A stretch of DNA of 64,000 nucleotides, taken from Patescibacteria group bacterium. Lineage in GTDB: Bacteria > Patescibacteriota > Minisyncoccia > Phycocordibacterales > UBA2100. Below, one piece after another: positions 1 to 9,779 of this stretch. Position numbers and translations under genes: made by a program. The DNA is taken from assembly GCA_021731295.1 (NCBI GenBank), contig JAKFXQ010000001.1, forward strand, positions 1,636-65,635, in the 5' to 3' direction. How positions within the stretch are numbered: position 1 is the stretch's first letter; each line of letters opens with the position of its first letter. The notes beneath the pieces were generated by a model that had not been told where the DNA came from, did no database searches, and worked only from the letters and a program-made list of their open reading frames with translations.

Positions 1-19
1 ATGGTGTTGGCGTTTTCTA

Positions 20-90
20 TCGGGCTGCCGGGAATCGAACCCGGTCTACAAGCACCCCATGCTTGCGTACTACCACTATACTACAGCCCG
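20..90 (-). tRNA. tRNA-Pro (anticodon GGG)
   Basis: Reverse complement folds as a 71-nt cloverleaf: acceptor CGGGCUG/CAGCCCG with the C1:G72 pair typical of bacterial tRNA-Pro; T-loop GGTTCGATTCC; anticodon loop AUGGGGU. CCA not encoded. Confidence 0.8.
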
Positions 91-272
91 CTCGTCTTTC
101 GACGTGTCCAGAATGCTAGCAGAAAAAATTCGTAGTGAAAAACAACCCCGCGCAACCTGTGAAGGCGGCGCGGGGCGTCGGAAGCGAGGAAACGGTTCTT
201 GTTCTGCCCTTACTCTTGCGAGGAGGTGCAATTACCCGTTTAGGAGGGACAAGGCCCTCACCTTAGCTTCCG

Positions 273-497
273 TTAGTCTGAGGTAGCGAGAGAGACGCTC
301 CTCCGGCCGAGCATCCGACCGATGACTTTCGGGAGAAGAAACTCGTAGAACTGCTTCAGCGTCTCGGCGTCCTCGCCGATATCTTTAGCAGCATTTCCGA
401 GCTCCCGATTGAAATCGGACGCCGCCGGTAGTTGCTTCTTCATCATCTGAGACTCGATGAGCTTGAGCGCGATCTCGCCCCTGCGCTTCTCGTCCAT
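273..497 (-). CDS. hypothetical small protein (74 aa from internal ATG, MDEKRRGEIALK...)
   Basis: ORF 273..524; AAAGGAG Shine-Dalgarno 7 nt upstream of the internal ATG at 497. No recognisable domain. Confidence 0.4.
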   Translation of the reverse strand: MDEKRRGEIALKLIESQMMKKQLPAASDFNRELGNAAKDIGEDAETLKQFYEFLLPKVIGRMLGRRSVSLATSD

Positions 498-648
498 GAT
501 GCTCTCCTTTTGTAGGTACTTCATCCACGAGTCCCTCGTGGTCAGGGGCTACCAGAGGCTCTGGTGACAAGTAATTTATACCCCGTTCTGTGCATTTGTC
601 AAGCAGTAGAGCCAGAATACCGTTCTCATGCACGAACGAATCTAACAG

Positions 649-724
649 GGTGCGCGCACCAGGACTCGAACCTGGGGCCTTTCGAATGTGAATCGAATGC
701 TCTAACCAACTGAGCTATGCGCGC
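649..724 (-). tRNA. tRNA-Val (anticodon CAC)
   Basis: Reverse complement gives acceptor GCGCGCA/UGCGCGC, D-arm GCUCAGUUGGUUAGAGC, anticodon loop UUCACAU, T-arm CCAGGTTCGAGTCCTGG, discriminator A. Confidence 0.8.
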
Positions 725-735
725 ATCTCAAACCC

Positions 736-1212
736 CTACTTGAGCGTGACGATTTTGTACTTCTGTGCGCCCTTTGGAGTGTTGAATGTAAACTGATCGC
801 CCTTCTTCTTGCCCATGAGCGCGGCGCCCAATGGGGAGAGGTGAGAAATCTTGCGCTCCTGCATGTTCGCTTCAGCGCTACCGACAATTTCATAGATATG
901 TTCGTCCTTCTCGCCGATTTTCTGAATGGTGACGACACTACCGAGATTCACGGCGTTACCCTTCCCTTTCTCGTGCTCGATGATGCGGGCGTGTGCCAGC
1001 TGTTCCTCGATGACGCGGATACGGTCTTCAGTTGCGGCCTGCAAATTGCGAGCCTCTTCATACTCCGCATTCTCGGACAAATCCCCGAGTGAGCGTGCGT
1101 ATTCAAGCTGCTCCGCAATCTCGCGACGGCGGGCGGTCTTCATGTGTTTGAGCTCTTCAGTAAGCTCGTCGAACTTCTCTTGGGTGAGATAGTTGTTTTC
1201 GTCTGCAATCAT
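736..1212 (-). CDS. greA: transcription elongation factor GreA
   Basis: MIADENNYLTQEKFDELTEELKHMK... N-terminal coiled-coil plus C-terminal FKBP-like GreA domain. Start trimmed to the internal ATG matching the GreA N-terminus. Confidence 0.85.
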   Translation of the reverse strand: MIADENNYLTQEKFDELTEELKHMKTARRREIAEQLEYARSLGDLSENAEYEEARNLQAATEDRIRVIEEQLAHARIIEHEKGKGNAVNLGSVVTIQKIGEKDEHIYEIVGSAEANMQERKISHLSPLGAALMGKKKGDQFTFNTPKGAQKYKIVTLK

Positions 1213-1268
1213 AGTCAAAAAATGAGTAGCGGGGTCATTGTATACGGCAAACACCGAAAAGCAAAGGC

Positions 1269-2945
1269 CTACTCGGCATACTGCGGCGCTTCCCGTACGA
1301 GCCAGTCAAAAAACGGCCTCATTCCTGGCGATGCGCCTGAAAGCGTCCCTGCAGGCGCCCTCTCCAAAACGACAGCAAACGCATACTTCGGACTAGAGGC
1401 CGGCCAGAATCCAATGACCCAAGAATTCATAAACTGGTTGCGCTCGCCGACTTCTGCCGTTCCGGTCTTCGCCGCTATTTCCATCCCAGAGAGATTCAGA
1501 GCTGCCGCTGTACCGCCCTCCACCACCGCCGCACGCATGCCTTCGCGCGCAACCTCCAAATGCGCCTCGTCTATACCTATTGGGGACGCTATCGCGGGTC
1601 CTGTGGTGAGACGCGGCGTGAGCAGCTGTCCACCGGCCAATCCAGCGGTAAAGCGAACGGCCTGAAGCGGTGTTATCTGAAATCCGAACTGACCGATGGC
1701 GGTGATGAACGTATCGCCGAGTCTCCATTCATCCCCGTCGAACATCTCCGCCTTCCACTCCGGCGTTGGAATCACTCCGGCCTGCTCGCCGCCGAGCGCA
1801 ACGCCAGACAGACTACCAAGACCAAAGCGTCGTGCGTAGTCATCTATACGCGTAATGCCGAGTCCCGCCTGACCACCAAAGCCACCGCCGATAGTATAGA
1901 AATAGACGTCAGAAGAAACCGCAATCGCGCGACGCATGTCGGTATACCCGTGTGCGCGCCAGTCTCGGAACACGGACGGGCGACTGGGATTGTACGGATT
2001 AGGCACGGTAAGAGCGCCCGTCGAAAGAATCTCTTTCTGAGGACTGATGATGCCCTCTTGCAGCGCCGCAACGGCAAAAATCGGCTTCACGATAGAACCG
2101 GGCGTGTAGAGTCCTGCCACCGCGCGATTGAGAAGCGGCGTGAACGGGTCGGTATTAGCCGCATCAATCAGCGCGGAATCACCTTCACTAAATGCGTAGT
2201 TGTCGTACTCGGGGAAACTCGTGAGTGCCAGTAGCTCACCAGTACGCACATCCATGATGACAGCCGCACCACCCCGGAAGTTATTGTTCGATGCATGCGC
2301 GCTCAAGACTTCGTGCAGCTTCTGCTGTATCTTCGCGTCCACAGCTAGCGTAATGTCTGTGCCCTCTTTTGCCGGAATGACGATGTGTTCGCGCTGAATT
2401 TCACCGCGGGCATCGCGCTCGACGAGCACAGAGCCATTCTCGCCACGCAATTCGTGGTCATACACGAGCTCTGCTCCCGAGACACCTTCGTACTCTTCAT
2501 TCCACCAAATGCCTTTGTCGTCTTTTGAGGGATAGCGCACGAACCCGAGGACGTGCGCAAGCCCGGCGCCGATGTAGCGCCGCCGCGGGAACGTTTCTAC
2601 AACTTCATCCGTTGTTGACGCCGTCTGCGCATCATTCCACGCGATAGGCACACCATTTCTATCTAGAATGCGTCCGCGCGGAGCAAAGACGACTTCACGC
2701 GCGAGACGATTCTCACGCGATATCTGTGCGTACGTTTCACCTTCGACGACCTGCAGTGAGAAGGCCCGCCCCACGAAGAACAGGAGGCATATCATGAACA
2801 CAACGCCGATGCCGATGAGTGGGCCACTCGCGATAGGCCGCTCCATCCTGCCCTCGAGGCGTGCAGAATCCAGACTCGGGAGATTCGATGAATCGAGGAA
2901 AATCTCGTCAGGTTGTATCTCTACAATACGTCGTTTTCGCCACAT
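1269..2945 (-). CDS. mrdA: peptidoglycan D,D-transpeptidase (penicillin-binding protein 2)
   Basis: N-terminal TM anchor and PBP dimerisation domain; transpeptidase motifs SIVKP (SxxK), SSD (SxN) and KTGT. Immediately downstream of mreBCD. Confidence 0.85.
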   Translation of the reverse strand: MWRKRRIVEIQPDEIFLDSSNLPSLDSARLEGRMERPIASGPLIGIGVVFMICLLFFVGRAFSLQVVEGETYAQISRENRLAREVVFAPRGRILDRNGVPIAWNDAQTASTTDEVVETFPRRRYIGAGLAHVLGFVRYPSKDDKGIWWNEEYEGVSGAELVYDHELRGENGSVLVERDARGEIQREHIVIPAKEGTDITLAVDAKIQQKLHEVLSAHASNNNFRGGAAVIMDVRTGELLALTSFPEYDNYAFSEGDSALIDAANTDPFTPLLNRAVAGLYTPGSIVKPIFAVAALQEGIISPQKEILSTGALTVPNPYNPSRPSVFRDWRAHGYTDMRRAIAVSSDVYFYTIGGGFGGQAGLGITRIDDYARRFGLGSLSGVALGGEQAGVIPTPEWKAEMFDGDEWRLGDTFITAIGQFGFQITPLQAVRFTAGLAGGQLLTPRLTTGPAIASPIGIDEAHLEVAREGMRAAVVEGGTAAALNLSGMEIAAKTGTAEVGERNQFMNSWVIGFWPASSPKYAFAVVLERAPAGTLSGASPGMRPFFDWLVREAPQYAE

Positions 2946-2949
2946 GTTT

Positions 2950-3207
2950 CTATCCTAACCCATCAGTGATGAAAAGCTCTCTGCGCACCGGTTCGAGTAT
3001 CCATATGATGGCGATGGTCGCGTAGAGCATGAGTGGCATGCCCCACGCCAAACTGTTCGGAAGCCACAACACATCCGCTATGGCACCAACAAGCAGCATC
3101 TCGTACGCACGGTAACGCAGAGATACTGCCGTTGCGCCGATGAGCACTCCCCACCACGGACCAAACAGCGCACAGAGAAGCGTGGCGAGAAAAATAAACC
3201 CGCGCAT
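2950..3207 (-). CDS. mreD: rod shape-determining protein MreD (small polytopic membrane protein)
   Basis: 85-aa hydrophobic protein between mreC and mrdA in the canonical operon position. Assignment is mainly by synteny. Confidence 0.55.
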   Translation of the reverse strand: MRGFIFLATLLCALFGPWWGVLIGATAVSLRYRAYEMLLVGAIADVLWLPNSLAWGMPLMLYATIAIIWILEPVRRELFITDGLG

Positions 3208-3208
3208 A

Positions 3209-4015
3209 TCATTCGGGTATCGTCGGCAGATCGCGCGGCACGATGCGTATGTGGCGAATTGAATTCAGGCTGGTGGGTAGGGTTACATAAATGTCCGCGT
3301 ACACACTCGCCGTCGTGGATGCGATATGCGTGATGATGCCTGCGGGCAGACTGTTGAGTGATGGAATGTAGACGGGCGCACCGATAACGAGTGGCGTCTC
3401 TACCGGAACGCGCGCTGTTGCCGTGGTGAGTCCTTGCCCGATGAGCGTAAATGCGTTCGCGTCCGACGTCGCCTCCACGCGGGCTTCTGGCGCAAACACA
3501 AAGCGCACGGTCGCCGTGCGCAATCCGACATCCGCGATGGTGCCGAGAACGAATCCTTCCGACGAGAGCACCAACGCACCTTCTTCCACTCCACTCTGCC
3601 AGCCGGCGGCAACAACGAATGTCCCATATGGCGAGGCACGGAAGGACGATGCAATTGGTGCCGTGACGCTATCCACGGTTCCGGCGACACGTGCAATGTC
3701 TCTCAATTCCGCGTTCTCTCGTGCGAGAAACTGGAACAGCGCGTCGCGCTCTTTCAGGCGCGCCGCTTCATCTTCCGCAACCTGCACACGTTCGAGCAAG
3801 TCAACGCGCGTGGAGAGATCCGAAAAGGTGAGGAACGAGCGCCACGCGGTGGTCATCGAGTTGGCAAACGGCGTCAACGCGTCGCGTGCAAATGACCGCA
3901 GTTGACCACCAAGTCCCACGTCTATCATGCCGACGGCGACAACAATAATCGTGAAGAATAACGCCCGCTTCAAGGACGAGCTCTCCCTATCACTACTCCG
4001 TCGGGACCAGTTCAT
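3209..4015 (-). CDS. mreC: rod shape-determining protein MreC
   Basis: N-terminal TM segment, coiled-coil region (ARLKERDALFQFLARENAELRD), then beta-rich domain; directly downstream of mreB. Confidence 0.75.
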   Translation of the reverse strand: MNWSRRSSDRESSSLKRALFFTIIVVAVGMIDVGLGGQLRSFARDALTPFANSMTTAWRSFLTFSDLSTRVDLLERVQVAEDEAARLKERDALFQFLARENAELRDIARVAGTVDSVTAPIASSFRASPYGTFVVAAGWQSGVEEGALVLSSEGFVLGTIADVGLRTATVRFVFAPEARVEATSDANAFTLIGQGLTTATARVPVETPLVIGAPVYIPSLNSLPAGIITHIASTTASVYADIYVTLPTSLNSIRHIRIVPRDLPTIPE

Positions 4016-5033
4016 CGTCGTTCTTCACGAGTGCCTCGTTATAGGCTTCAAGATTCTCAAGAATGATTCCGGTGCCGCGCACCACGGCCGTCAACGGGTC
4101 GTTCGCCACATGCACGGGTACACCGAGTGCCGCCACGAGGAATTCAGGTAGACCGCGAATGAGCGCACCACCGCCCGCAAGATGTATCCCTTGTTGCATG
4201 ATGTCCGCGAGTATTTCCGGAGGCGCCGTTTCCAATACTTCTTTTATTGCCTCAACCAGTTCGTCTACCGAGTGTCCGATGGCATTGCGAATATCTTCGT
4301 CCGTTACGAGTATTTCGCGCGGAAGTCCGGTGACAAGATCGCGGCCGCGCGCGACATACTCCAGTCGTTCGCCGGTGCGCAGAATGGACGCAATGGCGAT
4401 TTTTACCTCCTCCGCCGTCTTCTCCCCGATGAGCATCTTCGATTCGTTTCGGATATAAGAAATGATGTCAGCGTTAAAACGGTCGCCGGCAATTTTCACG
4501 TTGCGTGAGGTGACAAGACCCCCGAGTGAAATGACCCCAATGTCTGTGGTGCCGCCGCCAATATCGACGACCATGCTTCCCTGCGGTGCGTGGACCGGCA
4601 GTTCAATGCCGATGGCCGCGGCCATGGGCTCTTCCACTACGTGCACTTCGCGCGCGCCCGCAGCTTTGGCCGCGTCACGCACCGCACGCACTTCGACGGA
4701 CGTAATGCCCGAAGGCACGCCGACCACGACGCGTGGTCCCAGGAGCTTCGAGCGTCCTGCCTGTGCCTTGGTGATGAGGTACGAGAGCATTTCCGAGGTG
4801 ATTTCGAAATCAGAAATGACACCGTCCACGACAGGCTGCACAGCGGTGATGTGCGCCGGTGTGCGTCCAAGCATTTCTTTCGCCTGTGCACCAACCGCGA
4901 CCACTTGGCCAGTCTTCTGATTCACCGCAACGATAGATGGTTCGTTGATGACGACGCCGCGCCCTTTTACATGGACGAGCGTATTCGCCGTACCCAAATC
5001 AATGCCGATGTCGTTAGAAAAGACTCCGAACAT
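3993..5033 (-). CDS. mreB: rod shape-determining actin homolog MreB
   Basis: MFGVFSNDIGIDLGTANTLVHV... classical MreB N-terminus and actin/HSP70 ATPase motifs. Start trimmed to the ATG with AAAGGA SD 5 nt upstream. Confidence 0.9.
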   Translation of the reverse strand: MFGVFSNDIGIDLGTANTLVHVKGRGVVINEPSIVAVNQKTGQVVAVGAQAKEMLGRTPAHITAVQPVVDGVISDFEITSEMLSYLITKAQAGRSKLLGPRVVVGVPSGITSVEVRAVRDAAKAAGAREVHVVEEPMAAAIGIELPVHAPQGSMVVDIGGGTTDIGVISLGGLVTSRNVKIAGDRFNADIISYIRNESKMLIGEKTAEEVKIAIASILRTGERLEYVARGRDLVTGLPREILVTDEDIRNAIGHSVDELVEAIKEVLETAPPEILADIMQQGIHLAGGGALIRGLPEFLVAALGVPVHVANDPLTAVVRGTGIILENLEAYNEALVKNDDELVPTE

Positions 5034-5067
5034 CCTGTCCTTTAATGCGCGCGCACCACTCATACCG

Positions 5068-6318
5068 TTATCGAACGCGCTCGATGAGCTGACTCTCAGG
5101 AATAAGTTGGGACGCACCGTTGTCGCGGTTGGTTACTTCCACACTACCTGCCGCAACGGTCTTCTCTGAAACGACGAGCCGCATCGGGATGCCGATTAAA
5201 TCGGCGTCAGCAAACTTTTCTCCAGCACGAACGTCGCGATCATCGTAGAGGGTGTCTATGCCGTTTTCTTTCAGGAGGTCGTAGATACGGTCTGCTTCCG
5301 CAATGAGGTCGCGGTTCCCGCCCGCAAGCGAAACCAGATGTGCCTGAAACGGCGACACTGAACGCGGCCAGAGCATGCCGTCGGAAGTGCCGAATTTCTC
5401 CGCAAGAACACCAATGAGTCGCGTTACGCCGATGCCATAGGACCCCATCCAGACCGGAATAGATGCGCCGGTCTCGTCTTTATAGGTCAGTCCGATGTCC
5501 TCTGCTTTCTGGCGCCCGAAATTAAAGATGTTGCCGACTTCTGCGGTCTTCACTTCTTCCAAATCACTCTTCTTGACCTTGAGTTCCTTCAGTGTGTCAT
5601 CGTTCATGACTTCTTGATTGATGGCGATGCCCTTTTCTCGGTTGATGTAGCAGACATCCTCGCCTGCCTCACAGACAGTCTGAAACTCGTGACTGAACTG
5701 GGTGAATGCACCGCCAGAGGCGAATGTAACGAACGTATCGTCGCCAATGCCGAGTCGCTTGAACACTTTCATGTACGCCTGCTTCATACCCTCGTACATT
5801 TTGTCGTGGTCCTCTTCGCCCGCTGCGAACGAGTACGCATCCTTCATGACGAATTCGCGTCCACGCATGATGCCGCTTTTTGCACGCATTTCGTTACGCA
5901 ACTTTGTCTGAAACTGATACACGCATGTGGGCAAATCTTTATAACTTGAAATGTATGCGCGCATCATGTCGCCAATCGGCTCTTCGTGACTCCATGCAAG
6001 GCCCACGTCCCCTCCCGCTTTCAATTCTGACTTGAACCAGATATCTACTTTCTTATCACTCCAACGGTCAGTGCGCGCCCACAGCTCTTTGCGCTGCAAG
6101 GACGTCATGATGAGTTCTTGGCTCCCAAGCGCGTCCATTTCTTCGCGGACCACCTGCTTCACACGATCGAGGACACGTAGCCCCAAAGGGAGATACGCGT
6201 AGACACCAGCCATTTCTTTGTGCACAAAGCCGGCACGAATCAGGAGTTGAGCATTTTTCGCTACCTCGTCTTTCGGTGCGGACTTCTGCGTTTTCGTGAA
6301 GAGGTGCGATTGCCGCAT
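5068..6318 (-). CDS. proS: prolyl-tRNA synthetase, short form lacking the INS editing domain
   Basis: MRQSHLF...LLIRAGFVHKEMAGVYAYLPLGLRVL matches the bacterial ProRS N-terminus and class II motifs; 416 aa. Confidence 0.85.
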   Translation of the reverse strand: MRQSHLFTKTQKSAPKDEVAKNAQLLIRAGFVHKEMAGVYAYLPLGLRVLDRVKQVVREEMDALGSQELIMTSLQRKELWARTDRWSDKKVDIWFKSELKAGGDVGLAWSHEEPIGDMMRAYISSYKDLPTCVYQFQTKLRNEMRAKSGIMRGREFVMKDAYSFAAGEEDHDKMYEGMKQAYMKVFKRLGIGDDTFVTFASGGAFTQFSHEFQTVCEAGEDVCYINREKGIAINQEVMNDDTLKELKVKKSDLEEVKTAEVGNIFNFGRQKAEDIGLTYKDETGASIPVWMGSYGIGVTRLIGVLAEKFGTSDGMLWPRSVSPFQAHLVSLAGGNRDLIAEADRIYDLLKENGIDTLYDDRDVRAGEKFADADLIGIPMRLVVSEKTVAAGSVEVTNRDNGASQLIPESQLIERVR

Positions 6319-6374
6319 TGCGCCATGATACCGGAAACAACACCTCGGTCAAAATCGGCGTCGTTGCGCGGAAA

Positions 6375-7463
6375 CTAGGTGAACAGTCGTACGATATCGT
6401 TGTACGTTACGGTAACCATAAGGACGATAATCGCGACAATGCCTACCGTATTCAGAGTAGCGACGGCGATGCGTGGCGCATCGCGGCGGATGATGGATTC
6501 GAGCGCGAGGAGGAAGAGTCTCCCGCCATCGAGCGCGGGTATCGGAATAAGATTGACGATGACTAAGTTGATGGAAATGAATCCGGCAAGGGCGAGTATG
6601 GTGCCGATGCCATGTTGCGACGCTTCACCAACGACACCGACTAACCCAACGGGCCCGACGATGCCTTCAAGTGCGGGCGCGCCCTGCAGTGCATTCTTGA
6701 GAATGTTGGCGAGTCCATCGAACACGACGAACAATTTATCAATGGCCATCGGGAACGCGATTGACATTGCTTTGCCGAGTGGCAATGGGTCGTTCTCCAC
6801 GAGGACGAGTCCCAGACCGACTGCTGGCCTACTTGCTTCGGCGGCAATGACCGAGTGCGCTGGATAAATTGTCGTCTCTAGTTCTGCCGCTCCGCGAAGC
6901 GTGCGTACTTCAATTGCCTTGCCGCCGCGCGCGCTCACGAAATCAATCACCGCTTCTGGAGTAAGCAATACTTCTTCGTCCGTATCTGCGTCTTTCACGG
7001 ACAATATCTCATCGCCGGGAATGATGTCGGAAGAGCCCGCGGGTGAACCGGGGATGACTGCGGAAACCACCAGACGCGCCTGACCCTGCGAGTCTTCTGG
7101 GGAAACCGCGTGAGGGATGCCGGCGTACAGTGCGCCCGCAAAGAGCGCCCAGCCAGCGACAAGGTTCATGGTTACTCCGGCGACAAGAATGAGCGCCTGC
7201 ACATAGCGCGGCGCTTGGGCGAAACTGCCCTTCTCTTTTGGCGCGTCAGCGTTCTCACCGAGGAGGCGCACGAATCCGCCAAACGGAATCCAGTTCAGGG
7301 TGTACTCGGTACCTTTGATGACGGCGAGACGGAAGGCCCGCGGTGGGTATCCGATACCGAATTCCTCAACCTTCACCTTAAAGAGTTTGGCGACGAAGAA
7401 ATGCCCCAGCTCATGGACTACTATAAGGAACACCAAAATCCCGACCACAAGGAGGGCTGTCAT
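6375..7463 (-). CDS. rseP: site-2 protease, M50 family RseP-like zinc metalloprotease with PDZ domain
   Basis: HELGHFFVAKLFKV (HExxH) in the first TM helix, central PDZ region, C-terminal LDGG motif region. Confidence 0.85.
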   Translation of the reverse strand: MTALLVVGILVFLIVVHELGHFFVAKLFKVKVEEFGIGYPPRAFRLAVIKGTEYTLNWIPFGGFVRLLGENADAPKEKGSFAQAPRYVQALILVAGVTMNLVAGWALFAGALYAGIPHAVSPEDSQGQARLVVSAVIPGSPAGSSDIIPGDEILSVKDADTDEEVLLTPEAVIDFVSARGGKAIEVRTLRGAAELETTIYPAHSVIAAEASRPAVGLGLVLVENDPLPLGKAMSIAFPMAIDKLFVVFDGLANILKNALQGAPALEGIVGPVGLVGVVGEASQHGIGTILALAGFISINLVIVNLIPIPALDGGRLFLLALESIIRRDAPRIAVATLNTVGIVAIIVLMVTVTYNDIVRLFT

Positions 7464-7628
7464 AGGGTCTTTAGTATACCCCGTGAGATAGCGGCAAGGC
7501 CTATGAGACGGGTATAGCCGATATTCGGAGCTCGGGCGTGTATCCTGCTATTTGACTTATGTCAATATTTGTGGTAATTTGCCGCCATCGGCCTTGAGCC
7601 GTGTTCACTACATGAGGGGATAGGTCCA

Positions 7629-7937
7629 ATGAAGACGATTATCGCTCTTGCTCTCGCCGCCACCCTTGCCGGCTGCGGTCACGCGCAGTACGCCCAAATC
7701 GACGACCCCGTGTTGGCCAAACTGACACGGGAGCGCGACGAAGCGGCGGAATATGCCTTCTGCAAAACAGGAAGCATGGTTCCGGCGGCCATTAACCCGG
7801 TCGCGTGGTACTGCGGCGCCAAAGGCGCTGCCGAAGCCATCGGTTGGGCGGTCGAGAAAGACCAGAGACTGCAAGAGTACGTTGCCAGGAAGTACCCCCA
7901 TCGCCGCGTTGCGACCCTGGTCGTCGCGCTGCCGTAA
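7629..7937 (+). CDS. hypothetical lipoprotein
   Basis: Signal peptide with lipobox LAG-C (MKTIIALALAATLAGCGH); GAGGGG SD-like motif upstream; followed by a terminator. Confidence 0.55.
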   Translation: MKTIIALALAATLAGCGHAQYAQIDDPVLAKLTRERDEAAEYAFCKTGSMVPAAINPVAWYCGAKGAAEAIGWAVEKDQRLQEYVARKYPHRRVATLVVALP

Positions 7938-7968
7938 GAAGTAGAGACTCGTACGTTCCGAGTTTCGG

Positions 7969-8004
7969 AGGGGCCACCAGACTATCGGTGGCCTCTTTGC
8001 TTTT
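7969..8004 (+). terminator. rho-independent terminator after the lipoprotein gene
   Basis: GGCCACC-agactatc-GGTGGCC followed by tctttgctttt; overlaps the frr stop on the opposite strand. Confidence 0.6.
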
Positions 8005-8554
8005 ACGACATCATCTCTGTCTCCTTTTTCTCAAAAAGTTTCTCAAGCGAATCGTTTGCGGCGTCCACACGCTTTTGCATATCTTCTTTGCCGCGAAACT
8101 TATCGTCCTCGCTCATCTCCCCTTCTTTCTCTTTGTCTTGAATATCTTTCCAGCATTCATCGCGTTCTTGTCGTACGCGCGTACGCGCCTCTTCAAGTAT
8201 TCCTTTAGCCTGCTTCACCATCTCCTGTCGGCGCTCTGTCGTTAAATCAGGAAATGAAAGACGAATACCAGATTGGTCCGGCACGGTACCGAGTCCTAAA
8301 TCTGCAGCGACAAGCGCGCGCTCAATATCTTTAATGAGACTCGCGTCAAACGGCTGCACGCGAATGGAGCGCGCATCTTCCACAGAAATGGATGCGACGT
8401 GCTTCAAGGGCTGCAGTGAGCCGTATGCGGAGACCTGCACGTTATCCAAAATGGCCGGATTCGCGCGACCTGTGCGCAATGCCTTGTACTCGCGCGAAAG
8501 CCATTCCTCTACACCTTTCAGTTGTGCTTCAAATGATTTGAAATCGTATGCCAT
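8003..8554 (-). CDS. frr: ribosome recycling factor
   Basis: MAYDFKSFEAQLKGVEEWLSREYKALRTGRANPAILDNV... typical RRF, 183 aa. ORF start trimmed from 8668 to the RRF-like ATG. Confidence 0.85.
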   Translation of the reverse strand: MAYDFKSFEAQLKGVEEWLSREYKALRTGRANPAILDNVQVSAYGSLQPLKHVASISVEDARSIRVQPFDASLIKDIERALVAADLGLGTVPDQSGIRLSFPDLTTERRQEMVKQAKGILEEARTRVRQERDECWKDIQDKEKEGEMSEDDKFRGKEDMQKRVDAANDSLEKLFEKKETEMMS

Positions 8555-8564
8555 ACAAAGAATA

Positions 8565-9218
8565 TTACATGCGTGGCGCGAGAAGCGCCACCTGTTCCAA
8601 GAGTGGCTTGAGGAGTGCGCCTTTGTCCGCAAGATACCGACGTGCACGATAGATGGCGCGGATACCATCGCGCGCGGCCGGATTGTTCACCGTGTCAGAG
8701 AGTACGACCTCTATGCCCTGCAAGAGATCTGTAGCGGCACGTATGTCGCGCTCATCGTCTTCGTCATGAGTGTACAAAGGTTTGAGTAGTTCGATTCGCG
8801 CTTCGGGTGTTGCTTTGAGGAAGGCTCGCGCGTCTCTCAGGTCGCGCTCGCCGCCAAGCGCGAGTGTCTGCAGACGTGAGCGCAGCGTCGGCAAGAGTGT
8901 CTCCGGCGACGGCACTATGAAGAAGAATGTGGCGCCCGCGCGCGGTTCTTCAAGTGTTTTCAAGAGCGCATTTTGCGCGTCAGCATAAAAGGTCGCAGAT
9001 ACCACAATGAATACCCGGCCACGTCCGCCCATGGCGCGCAGATCCGCGCGCTCTCGGAGCGCTCGGGCGTCCGCAATCTTGAACTGGCGATACTCGTGAA
9101 CAAATACATCCACACTTCCGTGCGAAATCACGCCTTCCTTCTCTAGAATCGTTCGCAGTTCCGGAAGGATGTCTGCCCCGCCAGCAATCAGATATGAGAA
9201 GCCAGGAATCACACGCAT
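8565..9218 (-). CDS. holB: DNA polymerase III delta-prime-like subunit (short, 217 aa)
   Basis: Clamp-loader AAA+-like fold with KTLEEP motif; lacks a canonical Walker A, as delta-prime does. Shorter than typical HolB. Confidence 0.55.
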   Translation of the reverse strand: MRVIPGFSYLIAGGADILPELRTILEKEGVISHGSVDVFVHEYRQFKIADARALRERADLRAMGGRGRVFIVVSATFYADAQNALLKTLEEPRAGATFFFIVPSPETLLPTLRSRLQTLALGGERDLRDARAFLKATPEARIELLKPLYTHDEDDERDIRAATDLLQGIEVVLSDTVNNPAARDGIRAIYRARRYLADKGALLKPLLEQVALLAPRM

Positions 9219-9264
9219 GGCGACAGTATACTCGTTCGTTCGTACGCGATGCTAGAATACCGGC

Positions 9265-9771
9265 ATGCGATCCCCAGATTCAGTTCAAAAAATGGCGCTC
9301 TCCGTTACCCGTGCGGTCGGCTCCCCGGCATCCATCATCTTTCACACAATACTGTTCGCCGGCAGTTTCTTTATTGCGTACGAAGGCGTCGTCGAATTTG
9401 ACCGCATGCTTCTTGTGCTGACAACTATCGTGTCACTGGAAGCAATCTACCTCGCCATCTTTATCCAGATGACTATCAACTTCCAAAGTCAGGTTATCGC
9501 CGCAGTCGAGGAGGATATCGGCGAGATCCAGGAAGACGTCGAAGAGATGACGGAAGACGTCGAAGAAATCCAGAAAGACGTGGATGAGATTCAGAAAGAC
9601 GTCGATGAGATTCAAGAAGACGTGGACGAGATGTCTGAAGACGTCGAGGAGCTTGAGGAAAGCGAGACGGAGGACGAGAAGCGAAAAAGCGAACAGCGCC
9701 AGATGCTCACCGGCATCGAAGCAACCCTGCGCCAACTCGCGCAGGATATCGAAAAACTAAAGGGGCGTTAA
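9265..9771 (+). CDS. DUF1003-like membrane protein with acidic heptad-repeat C-terminal tail
   Basis: Two TM helices (FDRMLLVLTTIVSLEAIYLAIFIQMTINFQSQ resembles the DUF1003 core); C-terminus is (E/K)DV(E/D)E(I/M)xx x7. True start may be the ATG at 9292. Confidence 0.5.
   Translation: MRSPDSVQKMALSVTRAVGSPASIIFHTILFAGSFFIAYEGVVEFDRMLLVLTTIVSLEAIYLAIFIQMTINFQSQVIAAVEEDIGEIQEDVEEMTEDVEEIQKDVDEIQKDVDEIQEDVDEMSEDVEELEESETEDEKRKSEQRQMLTGIEATLRQLAQDIEKLKGR
9512..9658 (+). repeat. 7 tandem copies of a 21-bp in-frame repeat (gaagacgtcgaagagatccag consensus)
   Basis: Direct reading of 9512-9658; each unit encodes the heptad EDVEEIQ/KDVDEIQ within the DUF1003-like gene. Confidence 0.85.
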
Positions 9772-9779
9772 GAACGCCG

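Noticed and set aside
385-633. 82-aa minus-strand ORF between the two tRNAs
   Set aside because: Overlaps the better-supported 273..497 gene (which has an SD) in another frame and runs into the tRNA-Val flank; likely spurious.
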